The notes under the pieces are model-generated. The model saw only the letters and a list, made by a program, of their open reading frames with translations, did not search any database and was not told where the DNA came from. Shown here piece after piece: positions 1-10,526 of a stretch of DNA of 64,000 nucleotides. The stretch spans positions 3,572 through 67,571 of IMG/VR virus record IMGVR_UViG_3300027021_000002. One strand, written 5' to 3'. A program made the position numbers and the translations under genes. The stretch's first letter is position 1, and every line of letters begins with the position of its first letter. Source of the DNA: a virus.

Positions 1-363
1 AAGCCAAACACCAGTAATAAGAGTGTTTGCTGGAAATACTAACCCGGTAAAATCTTGCTGATCCGCACTAGCAACAATGGTGATAGCTTCAGACTTGAAT
101 TTACGAACAGCACCATTTACGGACGCATCGGCAACAGCGTTTATTTCGTCACCAGTGGCTAATATCTCTGTTTCGGACCCAGACGCACCAAGAGATAACG
201 AGGCGGTCTTTAGGGCATCAATGGCACCATTTTCATCAAGAACCACAGCCTTAGACGCGGTTGCCTCGCCAGCAGTCACCCCGTCTAGCACATTAAGCTC
301 TTCTGGAGAAGGAGCAATCGCAGTAGCACCTCTAACGAGGTTAAAAAGTTCATTAAAAGCCAT
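1..363 (-). CDS. Virion structural protein, probably tail-associated (C-terminus runs off the window edge)
   Basis: Not in the ORF track because there is no stop in the window. ATG at 363 with RBS AAGGAAAGGAG; translates MAFNELFNLVRGATAIAPSPEELNVLDGVTAGEATASKAVVLDENG..., a motif common in phage tail/structural proteins; lies in the morphogenesis operon. Confidence 0.6.
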   Translation of the reverse strand, partial: MAFNELFNLVRGATAIAPSPEELNVLDGVTAGEATASKAVVLDENGAIDALKTASLSLGASGSETEILATGDEINAVADASVNGAVRKFKSEAITIVASADQQDFTGLVFPANTLITGVWL

Positions 364-382
364 TTATTAATTACTCCTTTCC

Positions 383-649
383 TTATTCAACGTTCTGTAC
401 AATAATTGTTGCTTCAAAACCAAGGGCATCAGACAATATAATTTTGTTTGTATCATCAGTCGAAATTGTGTAATCCAAACCCTCAAACAACATACATCCA
501 GTGGAACGCTCTCTCACGTCCAGCATACAGCCCTCAATAGGGTGGGCACATGTAATATTTACATCGGCGGCACCGACAGTAAATATCTCGCGCCATATAG
601 AACCATGATATCTAGTATTATCTTTATTGCTTGTTCTTGTTACAGCCAT
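383..649 (-). CDS. Hypothetical protein in tail module
   Basis: 88 aa, RBS ACAGGAGG, co-oriented between tail genes. Confidence 0.6.
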   Translation of the reverse strand: MAVTRTSNKDNTRYHGSIWREIFTVGAADVNITCAHPIEGCMLDVRERSTGCMLFEGLDYTISTDDTNKIILSDALGFEATIIVQNVE

Positions 650-667
650 AAGTTAAACTCCTCCTGT

Positions 668-1678
668 CTACGCAGTCACAGTCAGGTTGCAAACACCGGT
701 ATAGGTGTTAGATCCAACTGTCAGAGATCCGGTAATCGTACAGCTACCAGCACCAACAAGGGTAATAACACCAGTACTGGCACCAACCGTAGCAACCGCT
801 TCGTCATCAGACGAGTAGGTAACTCCTGTGGGATTAATGATGTCGTCCTTGCTACTACCCCGATAGCCGTGAGCGGTCAACGTAAGGGTGTCACCATCAG
901 AAATATCAAGCGTATCGCTGTCGGGAGATAACCACAAATCACTAATTTCGGAATATATATCAGAAGAATCTAAAATTATTGTGATGTACGCATAGTTACC
1001 ACTATCATCGGCAAGAGCAGATCCAGAAAAGCTTGTTGTGAACGGATTGTTCATATCGATTGTATAGGACGCATTACCATCAAGTTGTAATCTAGGAATA
1101 TTAATCTGAACGCTACCAACCTTAATTTGTCCATGGTCATCATCAAACAGATCGGCATCAATAGTGCAATCATAAGCACCGGGGAAGGAAGATGCACCAA
1201 TTGTAATGTAGTCAACCGTAGCTTTCGCATAGGTATATATCACATTAACCGTGTTGTTTGCCCACGATGCATATGTAACTACATCTCCAACCGGAGCAAC
1301 ATTTACCATACTATCGCCATATTCAATAGCAACAGTAGAACTGTTTGGCGTTTCTGCAAGGGTGTACTCGCCAGAAGAGCCAAGCGTAACATTGCTTTCC
1401 ACTTTGGTGACAGTACGTGTTCCATTCTGAACCGTTGTGCCATTATTGAGTGCAATAGCAGTCGGATTCCACTTACAATCCTCAGCACTTAAAGTAAATT
1501 CCTTTTGATATCCATATTTGTACCGTGTAGGTGCGTTTTTACCACCACGAATAATCTGCTGCTGAACACTTTCCTCTATACCAGTGTTCATAAGAGTAGT
1601 GGAACGCATTACCCATTGCGTAGTAGATATATTACGCAATGTAAGATCTCCAGCAGAGATAATAAACTTATCAGCCAT
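668..1678 (-). CDS. Major tail (tube) protein with C-terminal Ig-like domain
   Basis: 336 aa, Thr/Ser/Gly-rich beta protein; tube-like N-terminal part; C-terminal 'VTYSSDDEAVATVGASTGVITLVGAGSCTIT' Big_2 pattern; position after head-tail genes. Confidence 0.75.
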   Translation of the reverse strand: MADKFIISAGDLTLRNISTTQWVMRSTTLMNTGIEESVQQQIIRGGKNAPTRYKYGYQKEFTLSAEDCKWNPTAIALNNGTTVQNGTRTVTKVESNVTLGSSGEYTLAETPNSSTVAIEYGDSMVNVAPVGDVVTYASWANNTVNVIYTYAKATVDYITIGASSFPGAYDCTIDADLFDDDHGQIKVGSVQINIPRLQLDGNASYTIDMNNPFTTSFSGSALADDSGNYAYITIILDSSDIYSEISDLWLSPDSDTLDISDGDTLTLTAHGYRGSSKDDIINPTGVTYSSDDEAVATVGASTGVITLVGAGSCTITGSLTVGSNTYTGVCNLTVTA

Positions 1679-1694
1679 ATCTTACAAAACTCCT

Positions 1695-2441
1695 TTATTT
1701 TTTGATTTTTGCTTCAATATCTCTAAGATTTGCAGTCAAATGGTCGTACCACTTTCGATCCGGTATATGCGAACACCAGCTAGGAACCTTTTCGCTCTCA
1801 CCAGCCTTCCAAGCCGGATAAGACCATACCTCTGATTGCTTAATTACTTGAAGACGTGCAAATTCTTGCGTAAATTGAAATAGTGTTAATTGTTCAATTT
1901 CATCATAGGGAATATGCATCAAACATCTATATGCAATAATCATCTCTGAGAAGGTCGCATGTTTGCCAAATTTGCCTTCCCAAGCCTTACGCGCTTTTTC
2001 CAGATTCTTTTCAAAATCTTCAGAAGTGTTATCGTCAAACTCGATTTTATTTTGCCGGAAAACTATCTCGCGAATCTTATTAAAAGATGAATTATAAATT
2101 TTAATATCATCAAACCACAAAAACAATTGTTTATTCTCGTCTACGCCAAGTTTAATTTGCTTGATATCTCTACATAGAAATTTAAGAAAATCAAAAAACG
2201 TGTCAAAGATACTTTCGTCCTTAGTGTAGTGGGCATGATATCCAATGTGCATAAGTAAAAATGGTAAGTAACCCATCTTTCTATCGTTTGGATTCTCAGA
2301 CCAATTTTTTCGTTGCGTAAAAAAGTTTAGCCCCTGATAAAACTTATCGCGATCCATAATGCTAACTGGATAAATATTAATGCCTTTGTATATTTGTGGT
2401 TTCCCAAATACGTCGGCTAAGTCATCATAAACAAAAGCCAT
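1695..2441 (-). CDS. Conserved morphogenesis protein, possible tail assembly chaperone
   Basis: 248 aa between tail completion and tail tube genes; function from synteny only. Confidence 0.45.
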   Translation of the reverse strand: MAFVYDDLADVFGKPQIYKGINIYPVSIMDRDKFYQGLNFFTQRKNWSENPNDRKMGYLPFLLMHIGYHAHYTKDESIFDTFFDFLKFLCRDIKQIKLGVDENKQLFLWFDDIKIYNSSFNKIREIVFRQNKIEFDDNTSEDFEKNLEKARKAWEGKFGKHATFSEMIIAYRCLMHIPYDEIEQLTLFQFTQEFARLQVIKQSEVWSYPAWKAGESEKVPSWCSHIPDRKWYDHLTANLRDIEAKIKK

Positions 2442-2442
2442 A

Positions 2443-2988
2443 TTACGTAGACCGTATTAACATAGCAAACGTCCCGCCAACCCACTTTTCACCGCTCAGC
2501 CATACCTGATGTCGATAATTACACGCAGCATCTGGAGCAAAATACAGTTTACCAACGCCGTCAACATATTGCTCATTTAATGCTTTCATAATTTCTATCA
2601 AAATAGCTTCGTGACGGTTTTGGGTTGGAAAAGATGTCGTAGAATTTTTCCCGTATATTGATACAATATCCAGATGTGTCACAATCTGAAACCAGATATA
2701 CATATTTGCAAGCTGACGATTTTCTTGCCTTACATTATCTATAAACATATGAATCTCAGTTTTTGTTGTATCTTCAATTTGACCAGTCACGGAATTATAA
2801 AAAACACGGCGATTATCACCAAGAGGGGAGACCATATTAATTAGTTGTATTGGTGTCACGTTATCCCGTTCATAAGGATTGTTATAGTCATAATAAATAA
2901 GCTTTAACAAATCCTGATTCTGCATACTAAACAACTTGCTACGCACGCCAGATGTGATGTCAGGCAATATATCTAAACTAATAGCCAT
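2443..2988 (-). CDS. Putative tail completion/terminator protein
   Basis: 181 aa, alpha/beta pattern and synteny downstream of head closure protein. Confidence 0.45.
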   Translation of the reverse strand: MAISLDILPDITSGVRSKLFSMQNQDLLKLIYYDYNNPYERDNVTPIQLINMVSPLGDNRRVFYNSVTGQIEDTTKTEIHMFIDNVRQENRQLANMYIWFQIVTHLDIVSIYGKNSTTSFPTQNRHEAILIEIMKALNEQYVDGVGKLYFAPDAACNYRHQVWLSGEKWVGGTFAMLIRST

Positions 2989-3000
2989 TAAGCCACCACC

Positions 3001-4233
3001 TTAAAATAAGGTTTGTATACGTATGCTATATAAAACAGAGTGACCCTCTGTATCTTCGATTTGTATTTCGGCATTACCAACATTAACAGGAGATAATACA
3101 AACACGGTTCCGCTTGTAATACTAAGGTCTACATAAGAAGATCCGCTTGTTAACGTTGGGGTAAACGTCGTTGTTACCACAGTCCCATTATTTAGCTCTT
3201 GAACAGTAAGCACGCCATCTTGGTCCATGTCTTCATATAAAGTAATGATGCGATTTTCATTATCCACTATAGCGCCAACTGGATTCACAAGACTAATCAC
3301 AAAATTGTCTGAAGCTACCGCCGCAACCTCAACATTAACCGTCGAAAAAACTAGCGGGTTAGATGAAAGGCTAATTTTAATACTGGTAGAACCATTGGCG
3401 ATACCAGTTATCACACCATCATCACTTACCGTCGCCACAGATGTGCTATTACTCAGATATGTAACGCTTTCAGTAGATACGTTTCCATTATTTTTAACCA
3501 CAACGTCAAGAGTAACAGTGCCACCCACAGTCATCGATACGGGGCTATTCAGTACCTCGATAGACCATACGTTATCAACCCAAGAATTGTATGCAATACC
3601 GTTTACGAAATCATCTTCAGAAGAAATGTTTTCAGTTATATTCATGTTATAAACAACTGACAGATTATTTTTGCCGCCTACACGACTAAACCCAGTAACT
3701 TCGAACACCTGTCCCCACAAAATGAATCGTGTACCTTTTCGAATATCACTATTGTACTGAGTGAATACACGAATTGTATCATCAATGGCCCACAATACTT
3801 TGCCTTCGCTCAAATCTCCACCAGTACTATCTGTAATAACGCAGGGGAGAGTATGCAAAGTACCATATTGGTCTTTCCATTTAAGCAAAGAATCCGAACA
3901 TTGCTTAATAAGACCCTTAGTGTTTACATCGTATTGACTATCAACATTCCACACAATCCAATAATCGTCGGTAGATTTCCAGTGAATAATGTCACCCTTA
4001 TAAAGCGAATCACCCGGATAGGCAAGTAGCTTTTTCTGCGGTATGTCGCCACGATAAGCGTGATCATTAATTATCTGTACGTCGTACTGAGTTGTGTAAT
4101 CGAAGTTCTTGTAGACCTTATAGTAACTAGGTGAGTCACTATCAAAAGTAGCACTCCACACCTCATTACCAGAGTTATAATTACCCATTGCAGTTTGCCG
4201 ACGAATATAAGCTGTTCTATCATTACCACTCAT
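3001..4233 (-). CDS. Head-closure (head-tail joining) protein fused to Ig-like domains
   Basis: N-terminal beta-barrel repeats ('LYKGDIIHWK...YWIVW', 'IRKGTRFILWGQVFEV'); 'VTYLSNSTSVATVSDDGVITGIANGSTSI' Big_2 motif; synteny. Confidence 0.6.
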   Translation of the reverse strand: MSGNDRTAYIRRQTAMGNYNSGNEVWSATFDSDSPSYYKVYKNFDYTTQYDVQIINDHAYRGDIPQKKLLAYPGDSLYKGDIIHWKSTDDYWIVWNVDSQYDVNTKGLIKQCSDSLLKWKDQYGTLHTLPCVITDSTGGDLSEGKVLWAIDDTIRVFTQYNSDIRKGTRFILWGQVFEVTGFSRVGGKNNLSVVYNMNITENISSEDDFVNGIAYNSWVDNVWSIEVLNSPVSMTVGGTVTLDVVVKNNGNVSTESVTYLSNSTSVATVSDDGVITGIANGSTSIKISLSSNPLVFSTVNVEVAAVASDNFVISLVNPVGAIVDNENRIITLYEDMDQDGVLTVQELNNGTVVTTTFTPTLTSGSSYVDLSITSGTVFVLSPVNVGNAEIQIEDTEGHSVLYSIRIQTLF

Positions 4234-4900
4234 TTACTGAATCCTCATACGAATAGTCGGCTCCACCAAACAACTTCTCAAGATCATTCGGATCGTCGGC
4301 ATACTGGTAATCAGAAATTAGAGTACGAATATAATTTTTCTGCTCAATAATGGCATTACGAATTTCTTTCATCTTTTCAGCAGGAGAGAAGACCTTAAAG
4401 TCGGGACTAAATAACGAAGTGCGCATTTTTTGCACATCATGTAATTCTTGCTGAAGCATAGGTAAAACCATGATTTGTGCCAATATATCTATCTCTGAAT
4501 AATTAAGATCTGCGGCAAACTCGCCAATATCAAATGTCGCCACAAATATTGTTTGCCCATTAGTCACCGGAGAATCAAATGTGATACTAGCACCGCTACG
4601 AATATAATCTTCCGTTTCTGTCCCTGCGACAGTAATATACGTTGACGTTTCATCGGTGGGCGGAGTAGGGGAGAGGGTATAAGAATCCGTTCCATCTCCA
4701 GTCAAAGTATATTCTGTGCTCGAAAACGCGGTAAAATCGGTAAGATCTTTATAACACGCTGTGCGGAATGTACTTATCGCCTTCTTTAAATATACAAAAA
4801 CATCTTCGTAATATTGATAAGAAGGAAGTGTGGCAAAATAAGCATCGTCGGTAATCGAAAGTAAAAATAGTTCGTAAATATTTGAAAAAGAGGTCGCCAT
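4223..4900 (-). CDS. Putative head-tail adaptor (connector) protein
   Basis: 225 aa helical protein beginning MATSFSNIYELFL, with a beta insertion; SPbeta-like synteny after the capsid gene. Confidence 0.5.
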   Translation of the reverse strand: MATSFSNIYELFLLSITDDAYFATLPSYQYYEDVFVYLKKAISTFRTACYKDLTDFTAFSSTEYTLTGDGTDSYTLSPTPPTDETSTYITVAGTETEDYIRSGASITFDSPVTNGQTIFVATFDIGEFAADLNYSEIDILAQIMVLPMLQQELHDVQKMRTSLFSPDFKVFSPAEKMKEIRNAIIEQKNYIRTLISDYQYADDPNDLEKLFGGADYSYEDSVNEW

Positions 4901-4919
4901 TCATGGCACCCCCTTACTA

Positions 4920-5606
4920 TTATTTAGATTTCATCTTTTGAGCCAAATCGTAAATTTCATAACCCTTATTAAACTTACATACCTGATTGATTACATTTTG
5001 TATTTCCATTCTGGTACATCTGGCGTCGCCACTATTGATGCCTTGTACACAATGATAAATCACGGCAGATTTCAACGTATCAGGCATAGATTCGAATTTC
5101 TTTTTGAATCCTTCAGGTTCAAGATCGAACAGTTTATCAACGCTATCCCGTCCGACATCATGTTTTTTGTAATATCTATCATAATTCAACTTCTTAATAA
5201 CTTCATCATCAAGAATTAGAATACCAAGCTCTTTGAAATACTTACTAAATGGACTAGTGTTAACCACTCTTTGTAACTCTGGGAAAGAAATTGTCAACGT
5301 TTCGTTTGCCCCCGCAAATTGACCAACCTCAATCTTGTTTTCACCAGATCCAAAATATAGAGGAGTTTCACCTTTCATTATTTGTACAAGTTCAACCATC
5401 CGATTTGTCCAGTCAATTGTTCCCTTTGGTTGCTGTACAACTACTTTTTGTTCAGGAGCTTTTGGAGCGGATTCAGCCACAACCTCTGTTTGGGCAATAG
5501 CTTCTTTTGCCTCTCTTAACTCTTTTAATTCTTTTCTAAGATCCCTTAACTCCTTCGCTAACTCTTCTCTTGTTTTATAATTAGACTTCTTTTTAGCAGT
5601 AGCCAT
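4920..5606 (-). CDS. Hypothetical morphogenesis protein downstream of major capsid
   Basis: ATG 5606 with RBS GGAG is preferred over the track start at 5624; N-terminal coiled coil. Confidence 0.55.
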   Translation of the reverse strand: MATAKKKSNYKTREELAKELRDLRKELKELREAKEAIAQTEVVAESAPKAPEQKVVVQQPKGTIDWTNRMVELVQIMKGETPLYFGSGENKIEVGQFAGANETLTISFPELQRVVNTSPFSKYFKELGILILDDEVIKKLNYDRYYKKHDVGRDSVDKLFDLEPEGFKKKFESMPDTLKSAVIYHCVQGINSGDARCTRMEIQNVINQVCKFNKGYEIYDLAQKMKSK

Positions 5607-5633
5607 ATTTTTCTCCAATCTCAATATTTAATA

Positions 5634-5665
5634 GAGGTGGGACATGCAAATACACATCCCACCTC
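5634..5665 (-). terminator. Stem-loop after major capsid gene (terminator/attenuator)
   Basis: 9-bp perfect stem GAGGTGGGA/TCCCACCTC, extended by G-U pairs on the minus strand and followed by only a weak U-tract. Confidence 0.55.
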
Positions 5666-5672
5666 AGCAGAT

Positions 5673-6806
5673 TTAAGCAATCTGCATAATCCCATAAATA
5701 GTCCCAGTGGCAATCTGAATGTCGTAGTACATCGTAACGGAGTACGCACGATTCTTACCAGCGTTATCATTCTCACTGGCTTCAACAATCTGAGTCTCAC
5801 CCTCCATGGCAACCTTGACGGGCTTATCGCCTAAGTTGGGCAGGAACAGAAGTTTATTCGAAGGAAGCACGAAGTCAAAGTCAGATTCAGGTTTTACGGC
5901 CTGGGGTAACAGAACCACAGGAACACCAAACGGACTCTGGATGTAGCCAACACCAAGATACTCAGAACCATTCTGCATGGCAAAATATTGATTCGCGGGA
6001 ATCACTTTGCCCAAAGCAGTCTTAGTACCATAAACAATGGCATCACTCACGTTGTTAGCAGCAGCAACACGCTCCGCTAATTCGGTGAAGTTAGACTGAG
6101 TATAGGCATTGACCTTCCAAGGAGTAGCCAACGAAGAAAAGGCACCAAACATGGTATTCGCGGCAGTCTGGCTGATATCGGTCAAGAAAGACTTGGTGAT
6201 TCGAGCGATCTGCTGTCCCCAGTTGACATCCCCACGCACCAGCGAATAGAAGTCAACAGAAATGTTGGCCTGATGCGCTTCGGGTGTTAGGGTAATGTCT
6301 TCGTTGTAGTGCTCTTCAAGAGACGCACGATTCTTATTACGAGAAATCTTCGCAATGGTATAATTAGCGCGAGACCCGATGTGGAAAGTGGGTGTATCGC
6401 CCCAACCAACATTCATAACCTCGGCATAAGGAAGATAATTCTCAACCTCAGAACGAGACATTAGGTTGTCGATTATAATACTAACGATGCTAAACAAACG
6501 GGTGCGGAAAGAATCGAACTGCATACACTGCATCACAGAATATGTGTCCCGATCAGCCTCACCAATATTAGCAAACTTATAGCAAGAATTAATCAGTTCC
6601 TTATGGAAACGCCGATTTTTATCGGCATAAGTTAATTTCTTACCGTCTTGATCTTCCTGAACGAAACCGCCATACCGATTAAACTCACCATGCTGATTCT
6701 CATTCTCGAAAAGATACTGCTTGGCTAAATCAGTACCCATATCAACAAGGTTTTTATTGCTAGGATCTTTGGCAAAAATAGCCATACGATTTAAAACATT
6801 ACTCAT
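5673..6806 (-). CDS. Major capsid protein (HK97 fold, SPbeta-like)
   Basis: 377 aa, strongly biased codons, strong RBS AAGGAGTG, position after scaffold/decoration genes and before a stem-loop. Confidence 0.8.
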   Translation of the reverse strand: MSNVLNRMAIFAKDPSNKNLVDMGTDLAKQYLFENENQHGEFNRYGGFVQEDQDGKKLTYADKNRRFHKELINSCYKFANIGEADRDTYSVMQCMQFDSFRTRLFSIVSIIIDNLMSRSEVENYLPYAEVMNVGWGDTPTFHIGSRANYTIAKISRNKNRASLEEHYNEDITLTPEAHQANISVDFYSLVRGDVNWGQQIARITKSFLTDISQTAANTMFGAFSSLATPWKVNAYTQSNFTELAERVAAANNVSDAIVYGTKTALGKVIPANQYFAMQNGSEYLGVGYIQSPFGVPVVLLPQAVKPESDFDFVLPSNKLLFLPNLGDKPVKVAMEGETQIVEASENDNAGKNRAYSVTMYYDIQIATGTIYGIMQIA

Positions 6807-6825
6807 TATTTATCACACTCCTTGC

Positions 6826-7365
6826 TTAAACTACACGCCGTGCTACAAGAGCATCTACGTAAGAGCCACCAACGGCAAACTTCACGCTAACGTTCTCAAT
6901 GATAAACACACAGCCAACGCCTTCAGGAGCAGTAGCGGAGGTAGCAAGATCGTACTCTCCATCACGAGGAATGAGATATGTGCCAACCGCAATTTCCTCA
7001 CCAGAATCGGTAGTGTCAATTGCGCTTTGATTGATTTTAAAGCGTTTTCCAATTGGGAAACGATGAGCAGTAACTATAGTCCCGGCAGGATAAGTAATGT
7101 CACCAGGATCGGTAACTCCACCAGTTTTCTGACCAAACGAATTGATGTATGGCTCGGAAGTGTCTATAATAACCAGATCTGCTTCGGTAGGGGTTGCACC
7201 CTCAACGCCGGTTGGCTCGGTCACATCATACAAGTCATTCTGTCCAGTTGCTAATGCAGAGATGGAACAAATGTATCCTTTATCCAATACATCGTCGTCG
7301 TTTTTAACAGAAACAACATTATAGTCATTGGGCTCAATTTCTAAGATCTTAAAATAATTAGCCAT
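6826..7365 (-). CDS. Putative capsid decoration/cement protein
   Basis: 179 aa beta-rich protein between protease/scaffold and capsid genes. Confidence 0.5.
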   Translation of the reverse strand: MANYFKILEIEPNDYNVVSVKNDDDVLDKGYICSISALATGQNDLYDVTEPTGVEGATPTEADLVIIDTSEPYINSFGQKTGGVTDPGDITYPAGTIVTAHRFPIGKRFKINQSAIDTTDSGEEIAVGTYLIPRDGEYDLATSATAPEGVGCVFIIENVSVKFAVGGSYVDALVARRVV

Positions 7366-7380
7366 TAAATTTTAGCCTCC

Positions 7381-8793
7381 TTAATTACTTTCGCCCGGAT
7401 AAGGGCTACCATTATTAATTTTTTCTTGCTTATCGGGTTTGTCTTCAGGTTTAGCGCCAGCATCCATAAAATTCAGATTACTGTCCCTGTTTTGAAGAAT
7501 TGAAGGATCTTCCTTAACCTTTTTACTAAACAAAAGATTTAGTTCGCGCTTCACACCATCGAGATCCATGTTGGCTTCAAACTTGGTAATAACCTCACTC
7601 GCTTCGTCCTCAGAAACTGTACGTTTTACCCAATTATCACTCTCATAAATTTCCTTGGCCTTAGCCGCATAGTTCTCTTTCTCAACCACACTATATTTCT
7701 CTTTAACGTCGGCAAGTTCTTCCTTGACGGTTTCTAGCTCACTCTGCATGGTATTGAAATTATCTTGTAGAGTATTAAACTTTTCCTCTTCCGTTTCTAA
7801 AGTCGCCTTGAAGTCTTCAGTTTGTTCGTCACAAATTTCATTGATTGCGGCAAAGGCACTCTGTTTATATCCTTCTGTAACCTCTTCCACAAAAACAGGT
7901 GACATCATGTATTTGCGCGATTGCTCAAAATCAATAGTAGCCTCGCCCTCTTCGATAGAGTAGGGGAAAGCTAACCTATCACTTTTAAACCAGTTCATTG
8001 TATAAACATAAGAATCGCTATAATCTTCGATCCAATATCTTGACTCGTAATCTTCCTTGGAATACTTATTATCGACTGCTTTTTGCAAAAGTTCCCGCAG
8101 TTGATTAGCTGTCATATCAAAGTTTTGTTTCGCATATTCCTCATGATTAAAAATGTCCAACTTCGCATCCTCCTCCTTAATAGATTTTTTGAATTGCTCT
8201 ACCGTCTGCAAAAACGCATCTGGCATTGTGGTATACATTTGCACCTTTGCGTCCTCGAAAGCGGGAGGAGCAGTGCCAAGCATACAAAGACCAATAAATA
8301 CAGCCTGAGTAATATAAAAAAGATCATCGTCTTTATCAACGTGACCTTCTTGTACCCAGATCTCCATACTCTGCTGTATATCGTGATCTTGAAATATCTT
8401 TATAATTTCTGGATATCTACCAGTCCATAAAAAAGCATCACATGAAAGGTATTCCTTTTCTTCTCCATTTTCATCGGTAAGCTTTTCCCATCGCACATTG
8501 GCAAGTGTGGGGTCTTTCGGTACGAAACCATATGCCTGTGTTTCATAGTCGATTTCCCAACCGCCGCTCTTACGACGCAATACCTCGCCATGGTCAGTAA
8601 AATTACCTTCATCGATCTTACCCACGAGGGCACACCCGAACAACGTCTCGGACATTGTTTCGAGGGTTTCCCTATCGATATATGAGCGATTTTGATTTTT
8701 ACCCGGATAGCAGATATTAATTGATACCTTTGACAAGGTATCGCTTTCGGCGGAAAAGTTATTAATGAAACCGGAAAGTTTAGCTACATTCAA
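7381..8793 (-). CDS. Prohead protease / scaffold fusion
   Basis: N-terminal protease-like region ('YPGKNQNRSYI', 'DHG', 'QSMEI', 'FIGLCMLG...PPAFEDA') with a long acidic coiled-coil C-terminus; follows portal. Confidence 0.65.
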   Translation of the reverse strand: MNVAKLSGFINNFSAESDTLSKVSINICYPGKNQNRSYIDRETLETMSETLFGCALVGKIDEGNFTDHGEVLRRKSGGWEIDYETQAYGFVPKDPTLANVRWEKLTDENGEEKEYLSCDAFLWTGRYPEIIKIFQDHDIQQSMEIWVQEGHVDKDDDLFYITQAVFIGLCMLGTAPPAFEDAKVQMYTTMPDAFLQTVEQFKKSIKEEDAKLDIFNHEEYAKQNFDMTANQLRELLQKAVDNKYSKEDYESRYWIEDYSDSYVYTMNWFKSDRLAFPYSIEEGEATIDFEQSRKYMMSPVFVEEVTEGYKQSAFAAINEICDEQTEDFKATLETEEEKFNTLQDNFNTMQSELETVKEELADVKEKYSVVEKENYAAKAKEIYESDNWVKRTVSEDEASEVITKFEANMDLDGVKRELNLLFSKKVKEDPSILQNRDSNLNFMDAGAKPEDKPDKQEKINNGSPYPGESN

Positions 8794-8809
8794 ATTCTAA
8801 CTCACCGCC

Positions 8810-8998
8810 TTATAAAGCCATAAATCTGGCTGGTATAACATTTTTATTTTCTTGTGTAAATTTCTCAAAAGAATCGTCCGGGCTGTGGATGAGCCATGTT
8901 TTCTTTCCGCTTATTGTTTTTTCTTCAACAACAGAACAGCCCTGAGCTACCAGTCTATTTTTCTCTTTTTCATCAACACAAAGATATAAATTAGACAT
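8810..8998 (-). CDS. Small hypothetical protein
   Basis: 62 aa, overlaps the portal stop codon, RBS GGAGG. Confidence 0.6.
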   Translation of the reverse strand: MSNLYLCVDEKEKNRLVAQGCSVVEEKTISGKKTWLIHSPDDSFEKFTQENKNVIPARFMAL

Positions 8999-10515
8999 TA
9001 CAAAGCCTCCCCTCCGCTACCAGCCCCGCCGCCGCGCATATCAACACCACTATCACCAAGATCGTCTATTGGTTGAGATGGCCTTCCGGTGTCTCCGCTC
9101 TGTGTTTGCTGCCACATGCTTGAAGGGGGTATCATTTTGGATTTTATTCCGGTTATCGCTTCGTCGGCAGACATGTATTCAAGATCCCATGGGTTATATC
9201 CGTCCATGCCGGATAGTTTTTGAGCCGGGAACCCTTGCGCAACCAATTCTTTCTCGGTCTTTATATCATCTTGATTTGTGTAAAGATTTCCGTAGAACTG
9301 CACATAGAATTTGTGGGTTCTTGAAATGCGAGATAAGAAGAAATTTATAAAACGCTCAAATTGTATATATAACTGCCGTACATACCCATAATCCGATATG
9401 TTAGAATATTTAAGCGCAATCGCATTACCGCTCTGTTCACCATATTGTTCTCCGCCAACGCCGCTTTCACGCCAATACTCATCAACACCACTAGGGATAA
9501 TGCTTTTATCGCCAGATGGTTTAGAAAGCTGAAACATTTCTGGTTCAAACGGTGATGCTACGGTGTGGGCACCAGCAGGTAAAGCAGCTTCAATCGCAGA
9601 CGCGATAGCGGCGGCTTTGTCTGGTCCCATAATCGGATGATCTTCTTTGTCTAGCGGAATCTTCTGATAAAGAATGGCAAACACATCAAGAATAGCACGA
9701 GCCTTCATGATGTTCTTATATTCAACGATCTGAATCGCATCACCAAACACGCCAGCAAGTGGGGGAATAGTCGCCGCGTTCGTATCATCAAACTTAAACA
9801 CAAATGCTGATTCTGGCGGCATCGGATACCAAGTATCAAATGATTTCCCCGGATCTTCTTTACGCAATTTCATCACTTCGTCATACCAGTCGGCAAACTC
9901 AGGAGCATACATCGAAAGATACTTCTTACCATATCGATCAAAGAAACTCATGTCGAATGAATAAGTGAATCCCAAATCAGTACGGCCCGTAATCTTGCAA
10001 TAATCTATTGGCATTTCCTGAAGCGCGATATAATCTTTTGATTCTCGCACATATATAAACTTAACTCCATCAAGCATGACACTCTTGGTTACGTCTTGAA
10101 ATTGTCCTTTTGGGTTAAGCTTTTTTAAATAATCAAAACATCGTTCCTTGGCACGCACATAACTTTTAATCTGATCTTGTTCACTAGGTGGGCGAGTGAG
10201 TGGGCGCATATCGTAGTTATATAAAAGTATTTTTGTAAAATGATCTAGTGTTCGGTTGTAGGGCATGATGGCATATTCAAGATATCGTGAAATGTCCATC
10301 AACTTTTGCTCATTCCGATATGGAGACTTCATCATAATGGCTATTTCATCAACCGAATATGCTGTCGCAGAATTGTTAATCCCTTTCATCATTTCGTTGC
10401 TGATAATAGGGTCTCGCATAATTCGTTTTGAAAGAACACCTTGTGCTTGCTGAATAGCATAAGCTACTGTTTCGGCGTAATTATTCCATGCCACTTCTTT
10501 TTTTTCTTCAGCCAT
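8998..10515 (-). CDS. Portal protein
   Basis: 505 aa directly after large terminase; C-terminal 'GRP' tail typical of portals; RBS GGGGGTG. Confidence 0.75.
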   Translation of the reverse strand: MAEEKKEVAWNNYAETVAYAIQQAQGVLSKRIMRDPIISNEMMKGINNSATAYSVDEIAIMMKSPYRNEQKLMDISRYLEYAIMPYNRTLDHFTKILLYNYDMRPLTRPPSEQDQIKSYVRAKERCFDYLKKLNPKGQFQDVTKSVMLDGVKFIYVRESKDYIALQEMPIDYCKITGRTDLGFTYSFDMSFFDRYGKKYLSMYAPEFADWYDEVMKLRKEDPGKSFDTWYPMPPESAFVFKFDDTNAATIPPLAGVFGDAIQIVEYKNIMKARAILDVFAILYQKIPLDKEDHPIMGPDKAAAIASAIEAALPAGAHTVASPFEPEMFQLSKPSGDKSIIPSGVDEYWRESGVGGEQYGEQSGNAIALKYSNISDYGYVRQLYIQFERFINFFLSRISRTHKFYVQFYGNLYTNQDDIKTEKELVAQGFPAQKLSGMDGYNPWDLEYMSADEAITGIKSKMIPPSSMWQQTQSGDTGRPSQPIDDLGDSGVDMRGGGAGSGGEAL

Positions 10516-10526
10516 CTATTCACCCC

